Source: a virus
DNA: 64,000 nucleotides
Strand: one strand, 5' to 3'
UHGV virus genome: UHGV-1370141
Shown here: piece after piece, positions 19,319 to 29,805 of the stretch
How the letters are laid out: each line of letters opens with the position of its first letter
Numbering within the stretch: the first letter of the stretch is position 1
Position numbers and translations under genes: made by a program
The notes under the pieces: model-generated
Databases searched by the model: none
What the model saw: only the letters and a program-made list of their open reading frames with translations
Told to the model about the DNA's origin: nothing

Positions 19319-20990
19319 AGTCGACGAGTTTATTAAACTTCCCACCTTTTACCAGTGGGTTGTTCTTAGCCCGTTTCAGAATCGTCGCCAGCGCACCGGC
19401 GGCAGTTGTCCAGGACTTAATCAGTTCCGTCGTAAACGCAACAGAATCCCACACGTTTCGGTCTGGGTCCATCACGGTCATCGTCGTCAATTCACGACCG
19501 ATACCCAATTCGTACAGATCTGAACGTTGTGCTTCGTCACGGAACGCTTGTTCCATCATCTGCCAAGCTTTGCTGTTCATACCAGAACGCGATTGGCGAG
19601 ACATGTCTTTCAACTGGCTAACCACTTTCTCGATCTGTTTCTCTACCACTTTGAAACGGTCAAGAGACGTATCGGCTGGCCCTTTGGTAATACCGCTACG
19701 GACTAACGTAATCAGACACGCTAACAGTTCACGAGAATCACCGCTGGTAAAGCTCAGCTCCTGGCGCATAATTTCCATGTTAGCCGCAGAACCGAAATAC
19801 GAGTTAACCCCCGCAGAAGCGATAATGAAACCATTACCGAACTCACGAGATGAATAGCCGATTAAGTCACGATCGGATTTCACCATTATCGTCGGTAACG
19901 GTGCGCCACGGCACGATGCAAAATCAGTTAACGCTATTTCAATTTCACCGTTAAGTAACGCCAGTGCTTGAACAATGCCCGTTGCGCTAATACGGTTTTC
20001 TTGATCCGTACCCAGCGTGCGGTCACCCGAGAAGTAATAGGTCTTGAGGTCTTTTAACGACTGTTCTAAACGTTTTAACCCTGCGGAGAAGCTCTCCAGG
20101 TTTCTTCCCATCTGGCGGTAGAACGCTTCGTTAGGAATGTTGACACCTGCTTTACGAACGTCCGCCGGTAAACCTTTGTACACTTCGTCACAAACCTGCT
20201 GACTGAATACTGCACAACCGACATTAGTACGCAGCAACGTATCGAGGATATCGTGGATAACCTGCTGTTCATTCTGACGACGTTTCGTGTAGTCTTTAAA
20301 CATCCCTACGAACGGAGAACGTCCCAGAGCTGCGCTAAGCTTATTCAACAGGTCTTCTGCGTTCATGTTCGTCAGGACTTCATCGGCCATCAGAATAGCC
20401 AATTCCAGGTTATTCAGTTCACCGTCTTTCAGTCCCTTCGACGCGTCCATATACGCTTCTTTCAGCGCGGTGATTTTCAGACGTTCAATGAAAGGAACCG
20501 CATCGATCTTCTCTAAGAGTTTGTCACGATACTCGTCCCCATCTACGTCAGCAGCCCCTGCAAACGGTACAGCGTTACTGATAATCCAGTTCAGGATTTT
20601 CATAATCCCCATCATTACCATCACGATAAGACTGATCTTACCGAAGTTCGCGTAAGACTCTAGCGCGATGACGGTTTCTTTCTGATGAGTACGGCTGTAG
20701 TTCGACGTCAGGATGCTCTGCACCGCTTTCGGAATGGTACCTGGACGCAAAGATTCCGTCGCTACGGCAACGTCACGGTTTAGACCCGCTTTACGAACTT
20801 CACGAAGAATCGCTTCAATCTGCGCGATAATACGTGAACCGTAAATCAAATCGGCTTCGTTACGCTGCATGTAGAGGTTGAGCTGGCTGACAGAATCGAT
20901 ACGTTCTTCCATTCGCTGTTCGATAATAGTTGGAAGTTCGTCGAGTTTCCATTGCGGTTGTGCAATGTTTGCTGTCATTTCCATACTCAT
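19317..20990 (-). CDS. hypothetical protein (557 aa) with one hydrophobic segment
   Basis: ORF track; ISLIVMVMMGIMKILNWIISNAV looks transmembrane. Confidence 0.6.
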   Translation of the reverse strand: MSMEMTANIAQPQWKLDELPTIIEQRMEERIDSVSQLNLYMQRNEADLIYGSRIIAQIEAILREVRKAGLNRDVAVATESLRPGTIPKAVQSILTSNYSRTHQKETVIALESYANFGKISLIVMVMMGIMKILNWIISNAVPFAGAADVDGDEYRDKLLEKIDAVPFIERLKITALKEAYMDASKGLKDGELNNLELAILMADEVLTNMNAEDLLNKLSAALGRSPFVGMFKDYTKRRQNEQQVIHDILDTLLRTNVGCAVFSQQVCDEVYKGLPADVRKAGVNIPNEAFYRQMGRNLESFSAGLKRLEQSLKDLKTYYFSGDRTLGTDQENRISATGIVQALALLNGEIEIALTDFASCRGAPLPTIMVKSDRDLIGYSSREFGNGFIIASAGVNSYFGSAANMEIMRQELSFTSGDSRELLACLITLVRSGITKGPADTSLDRFKVVEKQIEKVVSQLKDMSRQSRSGMNSKAWQMMEQAFRDEAQRSDLYELGIGRELTTMTVMDPDRNVWDSVAFTTELIKSWTTAAGALATILKRAKNNPLVKGGKFNKLVD

Positions 20991-21430
20991 GATAATTTGC
21001 CTCGCGTTTCATCCATGTAGAATTTCACTGCGTCGACAAAACGTTCCAGCCACAAGTTGATAGTGTTCCAAACATCATCACCTAAGGCTTCGTTGAAAAT
21101 CTCACGTACGGAGAAGTTTTCAATTGCACGACGTCCGCCCCAGGCGCTGTCGTAACGATTACAGAACAACGCAACGGTCAGGTCTTCGACAGTGCCTAAG
21201 TCAACGCAGTAAAGTTCGTTAACGTCGGATACCACGTTTTTCATCAGTGGACGAAGTTTGATTTGTGAAACTTCGTTAGAACCATACGGTCCGTTGTCTG
21301 GCATATCAGCATTATACGCCAGCGAGAATGCAACCAGGCCAGTCAGGGCACGCTGCGCCTGAACACCTTTACCTTCGTTAGCGCGTTTAAAATCCAGAAC
21401 TAACGAATTCAGAGAAACTTTATGCGTCAT
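20987..21430 (-). CDS. hypothetical protein (147 aa)
   Basis: ORF track. Confidence 0.55.
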   Translation of the reverse strand: MTHKVSLNSLVLDFKRANEGKGVQAQRALTGLVAFSLAYNADMPDNGPYGSNEVSQIKLRPLMKNVVSDVNELYCVDLGTVEDLTVALFCNRYDSAWGGRRAIENFSVREIFNEALGDDVWNTINLWLERFVDAVKFYMDETRGKLS

Positions 21431-21444
21431 GGTTTTACCTTTAC

Positions 21445-22779
21445 TTAATCGACGTTAAACATGGCAGAAGCGATACGGAGGTCATTCGACATATACTTCC
21501 CGATAGCGCGCTGATAATCCACCGCAGCACGGTCACGACGCCCTTTCGGTGTCAGCGTCTTCCAGATAAACTGATACAGGTTATCTTTGTCTTTAACCGT
21601 AAGTAGAATTCGATCAATTACCGCGATACCATCCAGAATGCGTTTACGTTGCTCGTTAGCCGCTTTCGTGTTTTTGTCTTTGATGGTATTCAGTTCTTCT
21701 ACCAGCGTACGGCGCATCGCTTCAAAACGTTCCTGCGGCGGATCGTAGATGGTGTTATCTGGGTCGTTCAGAATCATGCCAAACGTAACAGAGATAACCG
21801 GAAGAATCGGAATGGCAGCTTGGGCAATCAGCGCAGTCACACGGAACAACTCAATCGTCAGGTGAACACCCATGTTCATATACGACGAGTTACGCAGCAG
21901 ATAGAACGGGCTGGTTTCCATTTTGTACAGCGCAGAAGCTAAGTACGGGGCCGCACCAAAGCGGGCAGCGAAGTCGTCAGCAGCACGTTCCCAGGTACGG
22001 TTTGCAAAGCCTTGACTACCGCTAATGAACGGACGGTCTAACAGCAAATCTGTTACCAGGTGCATGTAGACGTTTTCTTTCTTGTACTCAGTGCAGATGG
22101 TCTCTGGCTGATTCACTTTCGTGTTCAGCATTCGTTCAACGTCTTTAACCACACGTAAACGAACAGCTGGGTCTTCGCTTTCCATGATACGGTTAGCCGC
22201 AGCGTCTGCCAGTAAATCCGTTACCACGGTACGCATCAGCGTACGGAAGTAATAATAAATGTGACCGACTTCATGAAGGATTACCGCAGCAACCTCCAAA
22301 TCGGTGAGCTCCAGTTTCTCCAACAGCACCGGGGTCAGGTAAAGCGGGGAACTGACTTTGCTCAAGTCGCCGCTGATTTTCGCACTGGAATCGTCAATGG
22401 TGCTGTTCAGTTCGTTTTCTTTAATGAACTTACTGTACATGTCCAGGTCTTTATTACCTGCGTACAGTGCGCGCGCCATTGACGCAATTACCGGACTGTT
22501 CGCGTCCAGTTTAGGCGGTTCTACACCTGCAAAGGCAACGTCGAATAAACCGAGTTCGCTACCGTTCTTAAAGTTAATGCTAATACCGTTGGTTTTAAAT
22601 ACCCAATCAGAAACACCAGAACTCTCGTAACCGGCCGGACTAAAGTCTCCGGCTGCACGAAATTTAGCAATAATGTCTGCCAGTTCTGCGAGTTTCTTTT
22701 TATCTTGGAATTTAATCGATTCTGCGGCTACAACCTTTGCATCCGCAACTGATGCAATGTGATTTTGCCAGTATCCCAT
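21445..22779 (-). CDS. putative zinc metallopeptidase-like protein (HExxH)
   Basis: HEVGH motif; start moved to internal ATG with RBS AAGGAAA (track start 22812 is GTG without SD). Confidence 0.5.
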   Translation of the reverse strand: MGYWQNHIASVADAKVVAAESIKFQDKKKLAELADIIAKFRAAGDFSPAGYESSGVSDWVFKTNGISINFKNGSELGLFDVAFAGVEPPKLDANSPVIASMARALYAGNKDLDMYSKFIKENELNSTIDDSSAKISGDLSKVSSPLYLTPVLLEKLELTDLEVAAVILHEVGHIYYYFRTLMRTVVTDLLADAAANRIMESEDPAVRLRVVKDVERMLNTKVNQPETICTEYKKENVYMHLVTDLLLDRPFISGSQGFANRTWERAADDFAARFGAAPYLASALYKMETSPFYLLRNSSYMNMGVHLTIELFRVTALIAQAAIPILPVISVTFGMILNDPDNTIYDPPQERFEAMRRTLVEELNTIKDKNTKAANEQRKRILDGIAVIDRILLTVKDKDNLYQFIWKTLTPKGRRDRAAVDYQRAIGKYMSNDLRIASAMFNVD

Positions 22780-22850
22780 TTGTGTTTCCTTTTGAGAAAT
22801 TACATTACCCACAAATCAGTATAGCAGCCGCTAGATTTGAGAGTGAAAAC

Positions 22851-24632
22851 ATGAATAACTATTACGCACCGGAAGACGTTGTTGCCAAAGAGTGCAAATT
22901 TGTTTCGTACGCAACCGATCAGCAGAAAGAAAACGACTTCGTGCTCATAAAGGAGGTCGTCCATACTAAAGATGGCAGATTCATCCCGCGTATCGTCATG
23001 CGTGAAAATCTGAAACGGCCTATCTACATTACTTTACCGCAACACCGTAACCATCAAGAAAAGAAAGAATACGAAGAACGCAGTAAGTGTCAGGAATACA
23101 TGACCACGGATGTGATGATGTCGCAAACTATCCAGATGGGTCTAGGGGCAAGATTTCCTGACAAAAAACGTTCATTACGTCAAGTCTGTACCTCTCCGTA
23201 CGTTTACTGGGCTGACTTACCCATCACCAGCTGGATTAAAGAAAGATATATAAAGAAATGGCCTAACGCCGTTTCACCTAATCGTATTTGCGTATACGAC
23301 GTGGAAACTCGAGAAGAAGACAAATCTCGAGATCCTTGGATTATGAGTTTTGTTTTGGATGACGAAATTCATTTCTTCGCAACGAAAGACTACGTTACAC
23401 GTTGTGGTCGTGAGAACTTCGAAACGCGACTAATTAAACGTGCTCAGGAGTTACTTTCTAAAATTGCTTTTCGTGGCAAAGACAAAGAAGGCAATTCTAA
23501 GACCGAAATCAAGGACGTTATCGCTGGATATAAAATCTTCGTTTACGAATGCTTAAACTCTGGCTGCTGTATTCAACGCATGTTTGAAGAGATTCACCCT
23601 CGTCTACCTGACTTATTAGTTGCATGGAACCACGAGTTCGATATTTCACGCATGTTAGAAGCACTAGAAGCCGCAGGGATTCCACCGGAAGACGTCTTTT
23701 GTCATCCTGATGTACCGAAACAATACCGTCGTGTTTACTTCAAGAAAGACGAAGCATCGAAGAAAACGGAATCGAAATCACTGACCAAAGCGCCTTCACA
23801 ACAGTGGCACGTACTTTATTGTACCGCATCGTTCTACTGTGTGGATGCAATGTGTCTATTTCGTTCACTGCGGGTTCACGAAGGTCAACGTCCTTCTTAC
23901 AAACTTAACGCTATTCTGGAAACCGAACTGGGCTTAAACAAGTTAGACTTGCCAGAGCTGCCTTACGAGGAGAAACTGGAATGGCACTTAAAAGCACAGA
24001 AAGAATTCCCGCTCGAATACTGCGTTTATAACATCTTCGATAACCTGATGATTGTGTTGTTGGATAAAAAGACGAACGACCTGTCTTCGGCAATTTCCGT
24101 ACTGGCAGGTTATTCGATGTACGATATCTTCCCTTCGTTACCGAAACGTATTTGTATTGCTTACACCTATTACCTTTATGAACAAGGGTTGGTTATCGGT
24201 TGTGTAGGTAGTGCAATGCGTAATGATTTCGATGAAGAGGTTATCGGTACGGACGGTTGGATTGTTACGTTAACTGCGTGTATGAACGCGGAAAACGGTC
24301 TGCGAGGAATCATTAAAGAGTTTGATGATTTCTACACTGCATTCCGTGGGCAAACCGCAGATGCGGACTTAACCCAGGCGTATCCTTCTGCAACGAACAT
24401 GATGAACCAGTCTCGTGAAACAACGTTAATCGAGTTACTGAGCATTCACGGTGTTCCTGAAGAAGTACGACGTCGTGTAGGGATTAACCTTACCGCAGGG
24501 CGTGTTAATGCAATGGAAATCGCAACAGACTTCTTCTTACTGCCAGATAAGAACGTTGTTTTAGAAGCATTCTTACGCCGTCAAGGTGAGGCTATTACCG
24601 ATCCGTTTGAATACATCAAAACCACTCACTAA
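22851..24632 (+). CDS. DEDDy-type 3'-5' exonuclease domain protein (possible N-terminal part of a split family-B DNA polymerase)
   Basis: Exo I VYDVETRE, Exo II WNHEFDISRM, Exo III YNIFD in the correct order and spacing; start moved to ATG at 22851. Confidence 0.55.
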   Translation: MNNYYAPEDVVAKECKFVSYATDQQKENDFVLIKEVVHTKDGRFIPRIVMRENLKRPIYITLPQHRNHQEKKEYEERSKCQEYMTTDVMMSQTIQMGLGARFPDKKRSLRQVCTSPYVYWADLPITSWIKERYIKKWPNAVSPNRICVYDVETREEDKSRDPWIMSFVLDDEIHFFATKDYVTRCGRENFETRLIKRAQELLSKIAFRGKDKEGNSKTEIKDVIAGYKIFVYECLNSGCCIQRMFEEIHPRLPDLLVAWNHEFDISRMLEALEAAGIPPEDVFCHPDVPKQYRRVYFKKDEASKKTESKSLTKAPSQQWHVLYCTASFYCVDAMCLFRSLRVHEGQRPSYKLNAILETELGLNKLDLPELPYEEKLEWHLKAQKEFPLEYCVYNIFDNLMIVLLDKKTNDLSSAISVLAGYSMYDIFPSLPKRICIAYTYYLYEQGLVIGCVGSAMRNDFDEEVIGTDGWIVTLTACMNAENGLRGIIKEFDDFYTAFRGQTADADLTQAYPSATNMMNQSRETTLIELLSIHGVPEEVRRRVGINLTAGRVNAMEIATDFFLLPDKNVVLEAFLRRQGEAITDPFEYIKTTH

Positions 24633-24673
24633 GAAAAAATAAAAGCTACCCTACTCCTCTCGGGAGTAGGGTA
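24633..24673. terminator. terminator between convergent genes
   Basis: A-run, TACCCTACTCC-TCTCG-GGAGTAGGGTA; stem identical to the 19281 hairpin. Confidence 0.55.
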
Positions 24674-24680
24674 ATGCTTA

Positions 24681-25190
24681 TTAAGCCGCGTTGAAGCAGT
24701 ACGCCAGCAGCTGTTGTAGCTCTGGGTCAGCTACGCGTTGCAGCAGACGGTTAACGTTGTCACGTTGTGCGAAGTTTGCTTTATCTTGAGAGTTAGCAAA
24801 ACGTACCAGCATGTTGATAAACACCACGTAAGTTTCACGTTCAGCAGAATCGTGGAACCAATCCAGGTGGTAGTTCACATTCGGGTAATAGAAGATGCTA
24901 CGCTTGTGTTTAATCGCAGCAGCAACGAAAACGTTAAAAGCGTCGATAAACGCTTGACCACGCAGTTCAAACAGGCTACGGAAAGACTGATGCAGTTTAC
25001 GGAAAGCGTCGTCTGCTTCCGACGTGTTTTTCGGTTTGTTGGTACCGATGGTATTCCCTGCTTCGTCTAACTGCGCAGCAATAAGGTTTACCTGATAAGA
25101 GTCATCTTGGCTATAAGCTACTGCCGCTTCTGCGGAGCGCTTAACAGCAGCGGGACGAGCATCTTGGGTAGAAATGTCTTTGGTTGCCAT
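24681..25190 (-). CDS. hypothetical protein (169 aa)
   Basis: ORF track. Confidence 0.55.
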   Translation of the reverse strand: MATKDISTQDARPAAVKRSAEAAVAYSQDDSYQVNLIAAQLDEAGNTIGTNKPKNTSEADDAFRKLHQSFRSLFELRGQAFIDAFNVFVAAAIKHKRSIFYYPNVNYHLDWFHDSAERETYVVFINMLVRFANSQDKANFAQRDNVNRLLQRVADPELQQLLAYCFNAA

Positions 25191-25202
25191 TACTAATAAT
25201 CC

Positions 25203-26504
25203 TTAGGTGATATGGATCAACGGATCGTATTCTTGAACGACGGTTTCTTTACCGTGCATTGCGGCCATTGCCACGGACATAACGTTAGAGAACGCTGACG
25301 AAATATCCGCCGCGATAGCGCGAGGTTCTTCACCTTTCGCTTCGGAGGAGCACGCAGTACAGCAGTCGATGTGGCCGTATTGACATAAGATGGGTCGGCG
25401 TAGGCGCACAACTTTCCCTAGCTGACTATTCAAAAACTCTTCCGTCAGGGAGGTTAACTTCCCATTAACCATCGCATTCATCCCAACGTAACGTTTTACG
25501 TTGTCTTTCGTGATAACCACAGGGTGCGTGAGTTTCGTCCCACAGTCACCTGCAACGATTCGGTGGTTCTGGAAAATCATCTGGATGATACGTACCTGTT
25601 CCCCACCCTTCGCGGTTTCTGCACCACGCGAGAACGAACCTTCACGAATAGAGTTAAATTTCGCGACCAGGTTATCCATTCCCGCCTTATCAACTTCCAC
25701 CAGTGCGTTAGGAATTAACGTATAGTTACCCCCTTCCTGGAAAGACGATTCAATCCCGTACATCAGCATCAACTTTCGACGACGCATTCGTGATTTCGGC
25801 GAGTTATAGAACTCGATAGATTGGTCACCCGACAACCACTGTTTATCCAGTTCGTCCAGTGCTTTTTCTATCTTAACGATCACTGCTGGGTCGTCTAACT
25901 CGTCCTTATGCTTTAACAGCAACGCATCACGTATTTTATACGCATCAGGATGCACTGTAAGGCTTCTAAGTGTACCTGTTGGTGCAATACCAGCGGTTAA
26001 CGGTGCAAGTTCGTGTAAGCCGCTTACAAAGCGTTCTATCATGCTCGGACGAATAGCACCTTCGTTCTCAGGTTCATCGGTCTCGTGATCCAAACAACGG
26101 CGGTGCATCTCTTTTCGGTACTCTAATGGGTTTTGTGAAACGCCCATATACGGTAAACGTGTGCCAAACGCATACCAGATAACAACCCAGTTAAAGATAT
26201 AACGTCCTACGGTAGTAGGAATCGGTCCTTCTAATCCTGGGTAGTCATCGACTTTCAATTCGAACTGTTCTTCGGGAATAAACAGTTCTTGGTCTTTCAC
26301 GCCATCAGTAATGGGCTGCCAATCGCCTTTCCCATCTTCTACCGCGTAATAGTGCGGCATTCCGTCAATATACGTAATATCAAACGCTTCAGGTTCTTCA
26401 CGATTCGACGGGAACACTGACATGTTGAATATTGCAATACGCCACACTAAACGACGCCAGGCTTCAGCTTTACAAGCCGCCACCAGAAACTCAAATCTCG
26501 TCAT
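25203..26504 (-). CDS. hypothetical protein (433 aa), C-terminal Cys cluster
   Basis: ORF track; CQYGHIDCCTAC. Confidence 0.6.
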   Translation of the reverse strand: MTRFEFLVAACKAEAWRRLVWRIAIFNMSVFPSNREEPEAFDITYIDGMPHYYAVEDGKGDWQPITDGVKDQELFIPEEQFELKVDDYPGLEGPIPTTVGRYIFNWVVIWYAFGTRLPYMGVSQNPLEYRKEMHRRCLDHETDEPENEGAIRPSMIERFVSGLHELAPLTAGIAPTGTLRSLTVHPDAYKIRDALLLKHKDELDDPAVIVKIEKALDELDKQWLSGDQSIEFYNSPKSRMRRRKLMLMYGIESSFQEGGNYTLIPNALVEVDKAGMDNLVAKFNSIREGSFSRGAETAKGGEQVRIIQMIFQNHRIVAGDCGTKLTHPVVITKDNVKRYVGMNAMVNGKLTSLTEEFLNSQLGKVVRLRRPILCQYGHIDCCTACSSEAKGEEPRAIAADISSAFSNVMSVAMAAMHGKETVVQEYDPLIHIT

Positions 26505-27378
26505 TGTCTTCCTCCGCTACCTTATAAATCTCCTTCAAGCTTTCCAGAGCAGGTTGCAAGATAGGAATAGGTTTTAACCCTTCGTTGTTGAGCTTCTCCA
26601 AGTTCTCTGATAACGCAGCATACGCATCTTCGTAATCCTCGTTATCGATAATCGATAAGCCCACTGCATACATTTCCAACAGCTCGGCTTCCGTGTAGTC
26701 TTCAACATCGAAGACCAGCGACTGCTGAACCACGGTCAAATCAGGCAGGTCTGGTAAGTTAAGGAATACGAACGCTGATGGGTTTTGAGGATATAAACGA
26801 AGGTAATCAGCGATACGTGACAAACGTCTGTCGTTACCTGCCGCTAATTGTTCGTCTACGGTCACAGAAGACAGGTAATTCCTCATCACGGTCATTACAC
26901 GAGGTGACACCCGAACAACCAAATCTTCGAAATGGATATTGTCATCGCCGTAAACGTAACGACAGATACTTTCCAGAATGTATTCCGGCGTCTCGCCCGA
27001 CATCACAATACCATAAAGCGTATCGGTGTCTTCAAACTCTTCAAACTTGGAAGTAATACCGTCCAGAATACGTACGGTTTCTTTGGGTTTATGGTAAACT
27101 TCCTGGGGATTTAACGCTATCCCTAGACGGTTACCTAACGCTACCGCACACTTAACGATAATGCCTTCTAATCGAACCGTTTCGTCTGCCGGGTCAGAAG
27201 ACGGTTGCCAGTACACATCACTTAACGCAACGTCGTATCCGTAGTCCATGCAAAGCGTGACTAAATCCAGAAACGGTGCAGCACGTTCCTCCGAACGATT
27301 GACGGTAAGAACGGCGGCGTAATCTGTATAAATGTCAATCATAGCCTTTTCCAATACAAGGGGTTCATACCAAAGCAA
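26491..27378 (-). CDS. hypothetical protein (295 aa)
   Basis: ORF track. Confidence 0.6.
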   Translation of the reverse strand: MLWYEPLVLEKAMIDIYTDYAAVLTVNRSEERAAPFLDLVTLCMDYGYDVALSDVYWQPSSDPADETVRLEGIIVKCAVALGNRLGIALNPQEVYHKPKETVRILDGITSKFEEFEDTDTLYGIVMSGETPEYILESICRYVYGDDNIHFEDLVVRVSPRVMTVMRNYLSSVTVDEQLAAGNDRRLSRIADYLRLYPQNPSAFVFLNLPDLPDLTVVQQSLVFDVEDYTEAELLEMYAVGLSIIDNEDYEDAYAALSENLEKLNNEGLKPIPILQPALESLKEIYKVAEEDNDEI

Positions 27379-27420
27379 AAAAAAAGAAAAAGCTAAGGGA
27401 GTCTATTAAGACTCCCTTAA
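27377..27420 (-). terminator. terminator hairpin
   Basis: A-run then AAGGGAGTC-TATTAA-GACTCCCTT. Confidence 0.55.
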
Positions 27421-27422
27421 AT

Positions 27423-27731
27423 TCAACCTTTCAACTTAAGCTCTTTCTCAAGATTTTGCAGTTCTGGGTCACTGCCAGCAACATCGTTCATGATTTTCTT
27501 AATCGACGCTTTACGACGATTAAGCACACGTAACATCATCATAATCTCCCAACGAGGACGATTAAGCCACTCGTCAAATGAGAGTCGATAATGTTCATTT
27601 ATCTGCTCACGCAAATAAACTTCCATCCAGATTTCGTGTAAGCTCCCGTATTCCGGGTTTTCGAAATCTGACAAGCCGACGTGCTTTGAACCGGTGTCCA
27701 GCCCTATCGACAAATCGTAAGCACCTAACAA
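27423..27731 (-). CDS. hypothetical protein (102 aa)
   Basis: ORF track. Confidence 0.45.
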   Translation of the reverse strand: MLGAYDLSIGLDTGSKHVGLSDFENPEYGSLHEIWMEVYLREQINEHYRLSFDEWLNRPRWEIMMMLRVLNRRKASIKKIMNDVAGSDPELQNLEKELKLKG

Positions 27732-27844
27732 TTCGTCATGCGCTTCTTGATAAGTGATAGGGCGGGTGCTGCGTTGCTTGAATAAAGAGGTGGTGTCTAA
27801 CTTAAGCGTGTTAATGACGTGGTCTGAAGGAATCTCTCTCGGGT

Positions 27845-29803
27845 CTAGCCAGTAACGCCGAATTGATCCCTCATAAACCGCTGAATCTCGAACACCACTC
27901 GAGATAGCTCGAAAAAAACGCGGTCCGGGGAAATCGTTACGATACCACGATACACGCCTTCTTTCTCGCCTTCATCGGCTTTACCACACGCTGGGCAACG
28001 TTGACCCATATACCCGAACACCGCCAGACGGCTACGGTCGTTGTACGTCGCAATAGCGCCTTCGAAGTTAGCCACGTATTTACGATCGGACGACAGTTCT
28101 TCCAGCATCTGGACGATCTTATCGTAATCTTTCTCTACGATAGGTTCTTCGTGGGATTCTTCACCGTCGTAGATTTCTTCCATAACGGTGATAGATTCAA
28201 CCATGTGCGCATAACGGGTTAGACGACGAGCTTCGGCGGTTAAGCGTAAGTGGTCTTCACGCTCACGTTCTGTGCCCTTCTCTGCCAACGCAGAGGTCGT
28301 GGCAGCGTTAGTTTCTTCAATCCAACGTTCGGTGTTGTCGAAGAATTTACCCAAAGTAGAACGACCGAACTTAACGATAATACCGTCTTGTTCGAAAATC
28401 GCTGATGGGTCTTTGATGTGTTCTTCAACGAACTTACGCTGGTCAGCACGGGTGATCGTCGCGTCGTCTTTACCGCGTTGAAGTGCCCACAGATTACGCT
28501 GAATGTCCGTATACAGAGAAGTCCCCATACGGATACAGCGTGCCAGGTTCAGACGAACGTCTTCCTGATGACCGCAACCTTCGTGACCACAAATCAGCGT
28601 CCACGGTAAACCACCTGGGAACTTCGCTTGCATAACGCCGATTAACAGTAACCAGTAGTCAGCAATGTCGATGGTATCCATCAGTACGGTCTTCATGTCG
28701 TTACCTTCGCAGTCTAAGCTGCAATCGGTAACAAACCGTAAAGCGAATTCGATCATGTGACTTAAGTACACACCAGAAGAAGCAGAGAGCATCAGACCGT
28801 AAGTCTGCATCCCAATCTTCGCGGTTTCTAACGCCAGTTCAATATCGAAGTCACAAATCTCGCGCTCCAACGGTGCACGGAAGCCGACGAAGATGCCCGT
28901 GGCAGGCAACCATACCCAGTTAGGAATACCGGATTTACGACGACGGCGCAGGGCTGCAATTGCACCTGTCTGCTGATTGAGACGGGTACTGATCAGACCT
29001 ACCGGTTTATTCATCCCCGGCAACTGTACTCGCTGCTCCCACGCTGTGTCGTCACGCGACAGGGCCACATCGAACGCTTGCAGGTTATTCTGCAAACGCG
29101 GTGGGGACATGTTCAGGGCACGATACAGACGTTCGTACAAATCGCGCTGTTCTTCGGACTTGAACAACATGCGCCCGTCTTTGCTTTTCGGAATACTTGA
29201 GAAGAATTTCTTCAGATCGTTTCCAACCAGGTTCGGGTCCTGGCAAAGACCGATAAGCGTGCCGAAGCTTGCCATTACACTGGCTTCTGAATCCTCTTCC
29301 ATTTCCGAGAACTCTTCGTGAACGGGCTGATCGCCGAAGTTGATACGATCAGTAGAAGCTTTCTCTTTTACTGCGGGTGTCGCTTCTGGTTCGTGATCCG
29401 CCGCTGGTGCATGAGGCTCAGGAGCCGGTGGAACATATTCTTCCCGCGTTTTCTCCGCTACCAGGACAGGTTCCGGTTTACGTTCTTCAACGACCACTTC
29501 TTTACGCTCTACAACTTCAGCAATGACAGGTTGTCCTGTCAGTTCGGTCTGTAGAGATTCAGGAAGGGGTTCTTCTTCGAACGTAGGCGGTTGAAGAATA
29601 GGTTCTTCTTTCACCACGTTCAGTCCTTTGTACGCTTCTTCAGCTTCTGCAAAGGACAGTTGTGGGTTGGCACGTTTAATGGCCATAATCCCATCGTCCG
29701 CTGACATAGTGCTGTAGTCGAGCTCAGGGATGTGAACCTGTACAGGTTCCGTCTGTAGACGACGGCGTCCATTGCCAGGACGTTGGTCTAATGAATCAGA
29801 CAT
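27845..29803 (-). CDS. hypothetical protein (652 aa), E/P-rich low-complexity N-terminal third
   Basis: ORF track. Confidence 0.6.
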   Translation of the reverse strand: MSDSLDQRPGNGRRRLQTEPVQVHIPELDYSTMSADDGIMAIKRANPQLSFAEAEEAYKGLNVVKEEPILQPPTFEEEPLPESLQTELTGQPVIAEVVERKEVVVEERKPEPVLVAEKTREEYVPPAPEPHAPAADHEPEATPAVKEKASTDRINFGDQPVHEEFSEMEEDSEASVMASFGTLIGLCQDPNLVGNDLKKFFSSIPKSKDGRMLFKSEEQRDLYERLYRALNMSPPRLQNNLQAFDVALSRDDTAWEQRVQLPGMNKPVGLISTRLNQQTGAIAALRRRRKSGIPNWVWLPATGIFVGFRAPLEREICDFDIELALETAKIGMQTYGLMLSASSGVYLSHMIEFALRFVTDCSLDCEGNDMKTVLMDTIDIADYWLLLIGVMQAKFPGGLPWTLICGHEGCGHQEDVRLNLARCIRMGTSLYTDIQRNLWALQRGKDDATITRADQRKFVEEHIKDPSAIFEQDGIIVKFGRSTLGKFFDNTERWIEETNAATTSALAEKGTEREREDHLRLTAEARRLTRYAHMVESITVMEEIYDGEESHEEPIVEKDYDKIVQMLEELSSDRKYVANFEGAIATYNDRSRLAVFGYMGQRCPACGKADEGEKEGVYRGIVTISPDRVFFELSRVVFEIQRFMRDQFGVTG

Positions 29804-29805
29804 CT

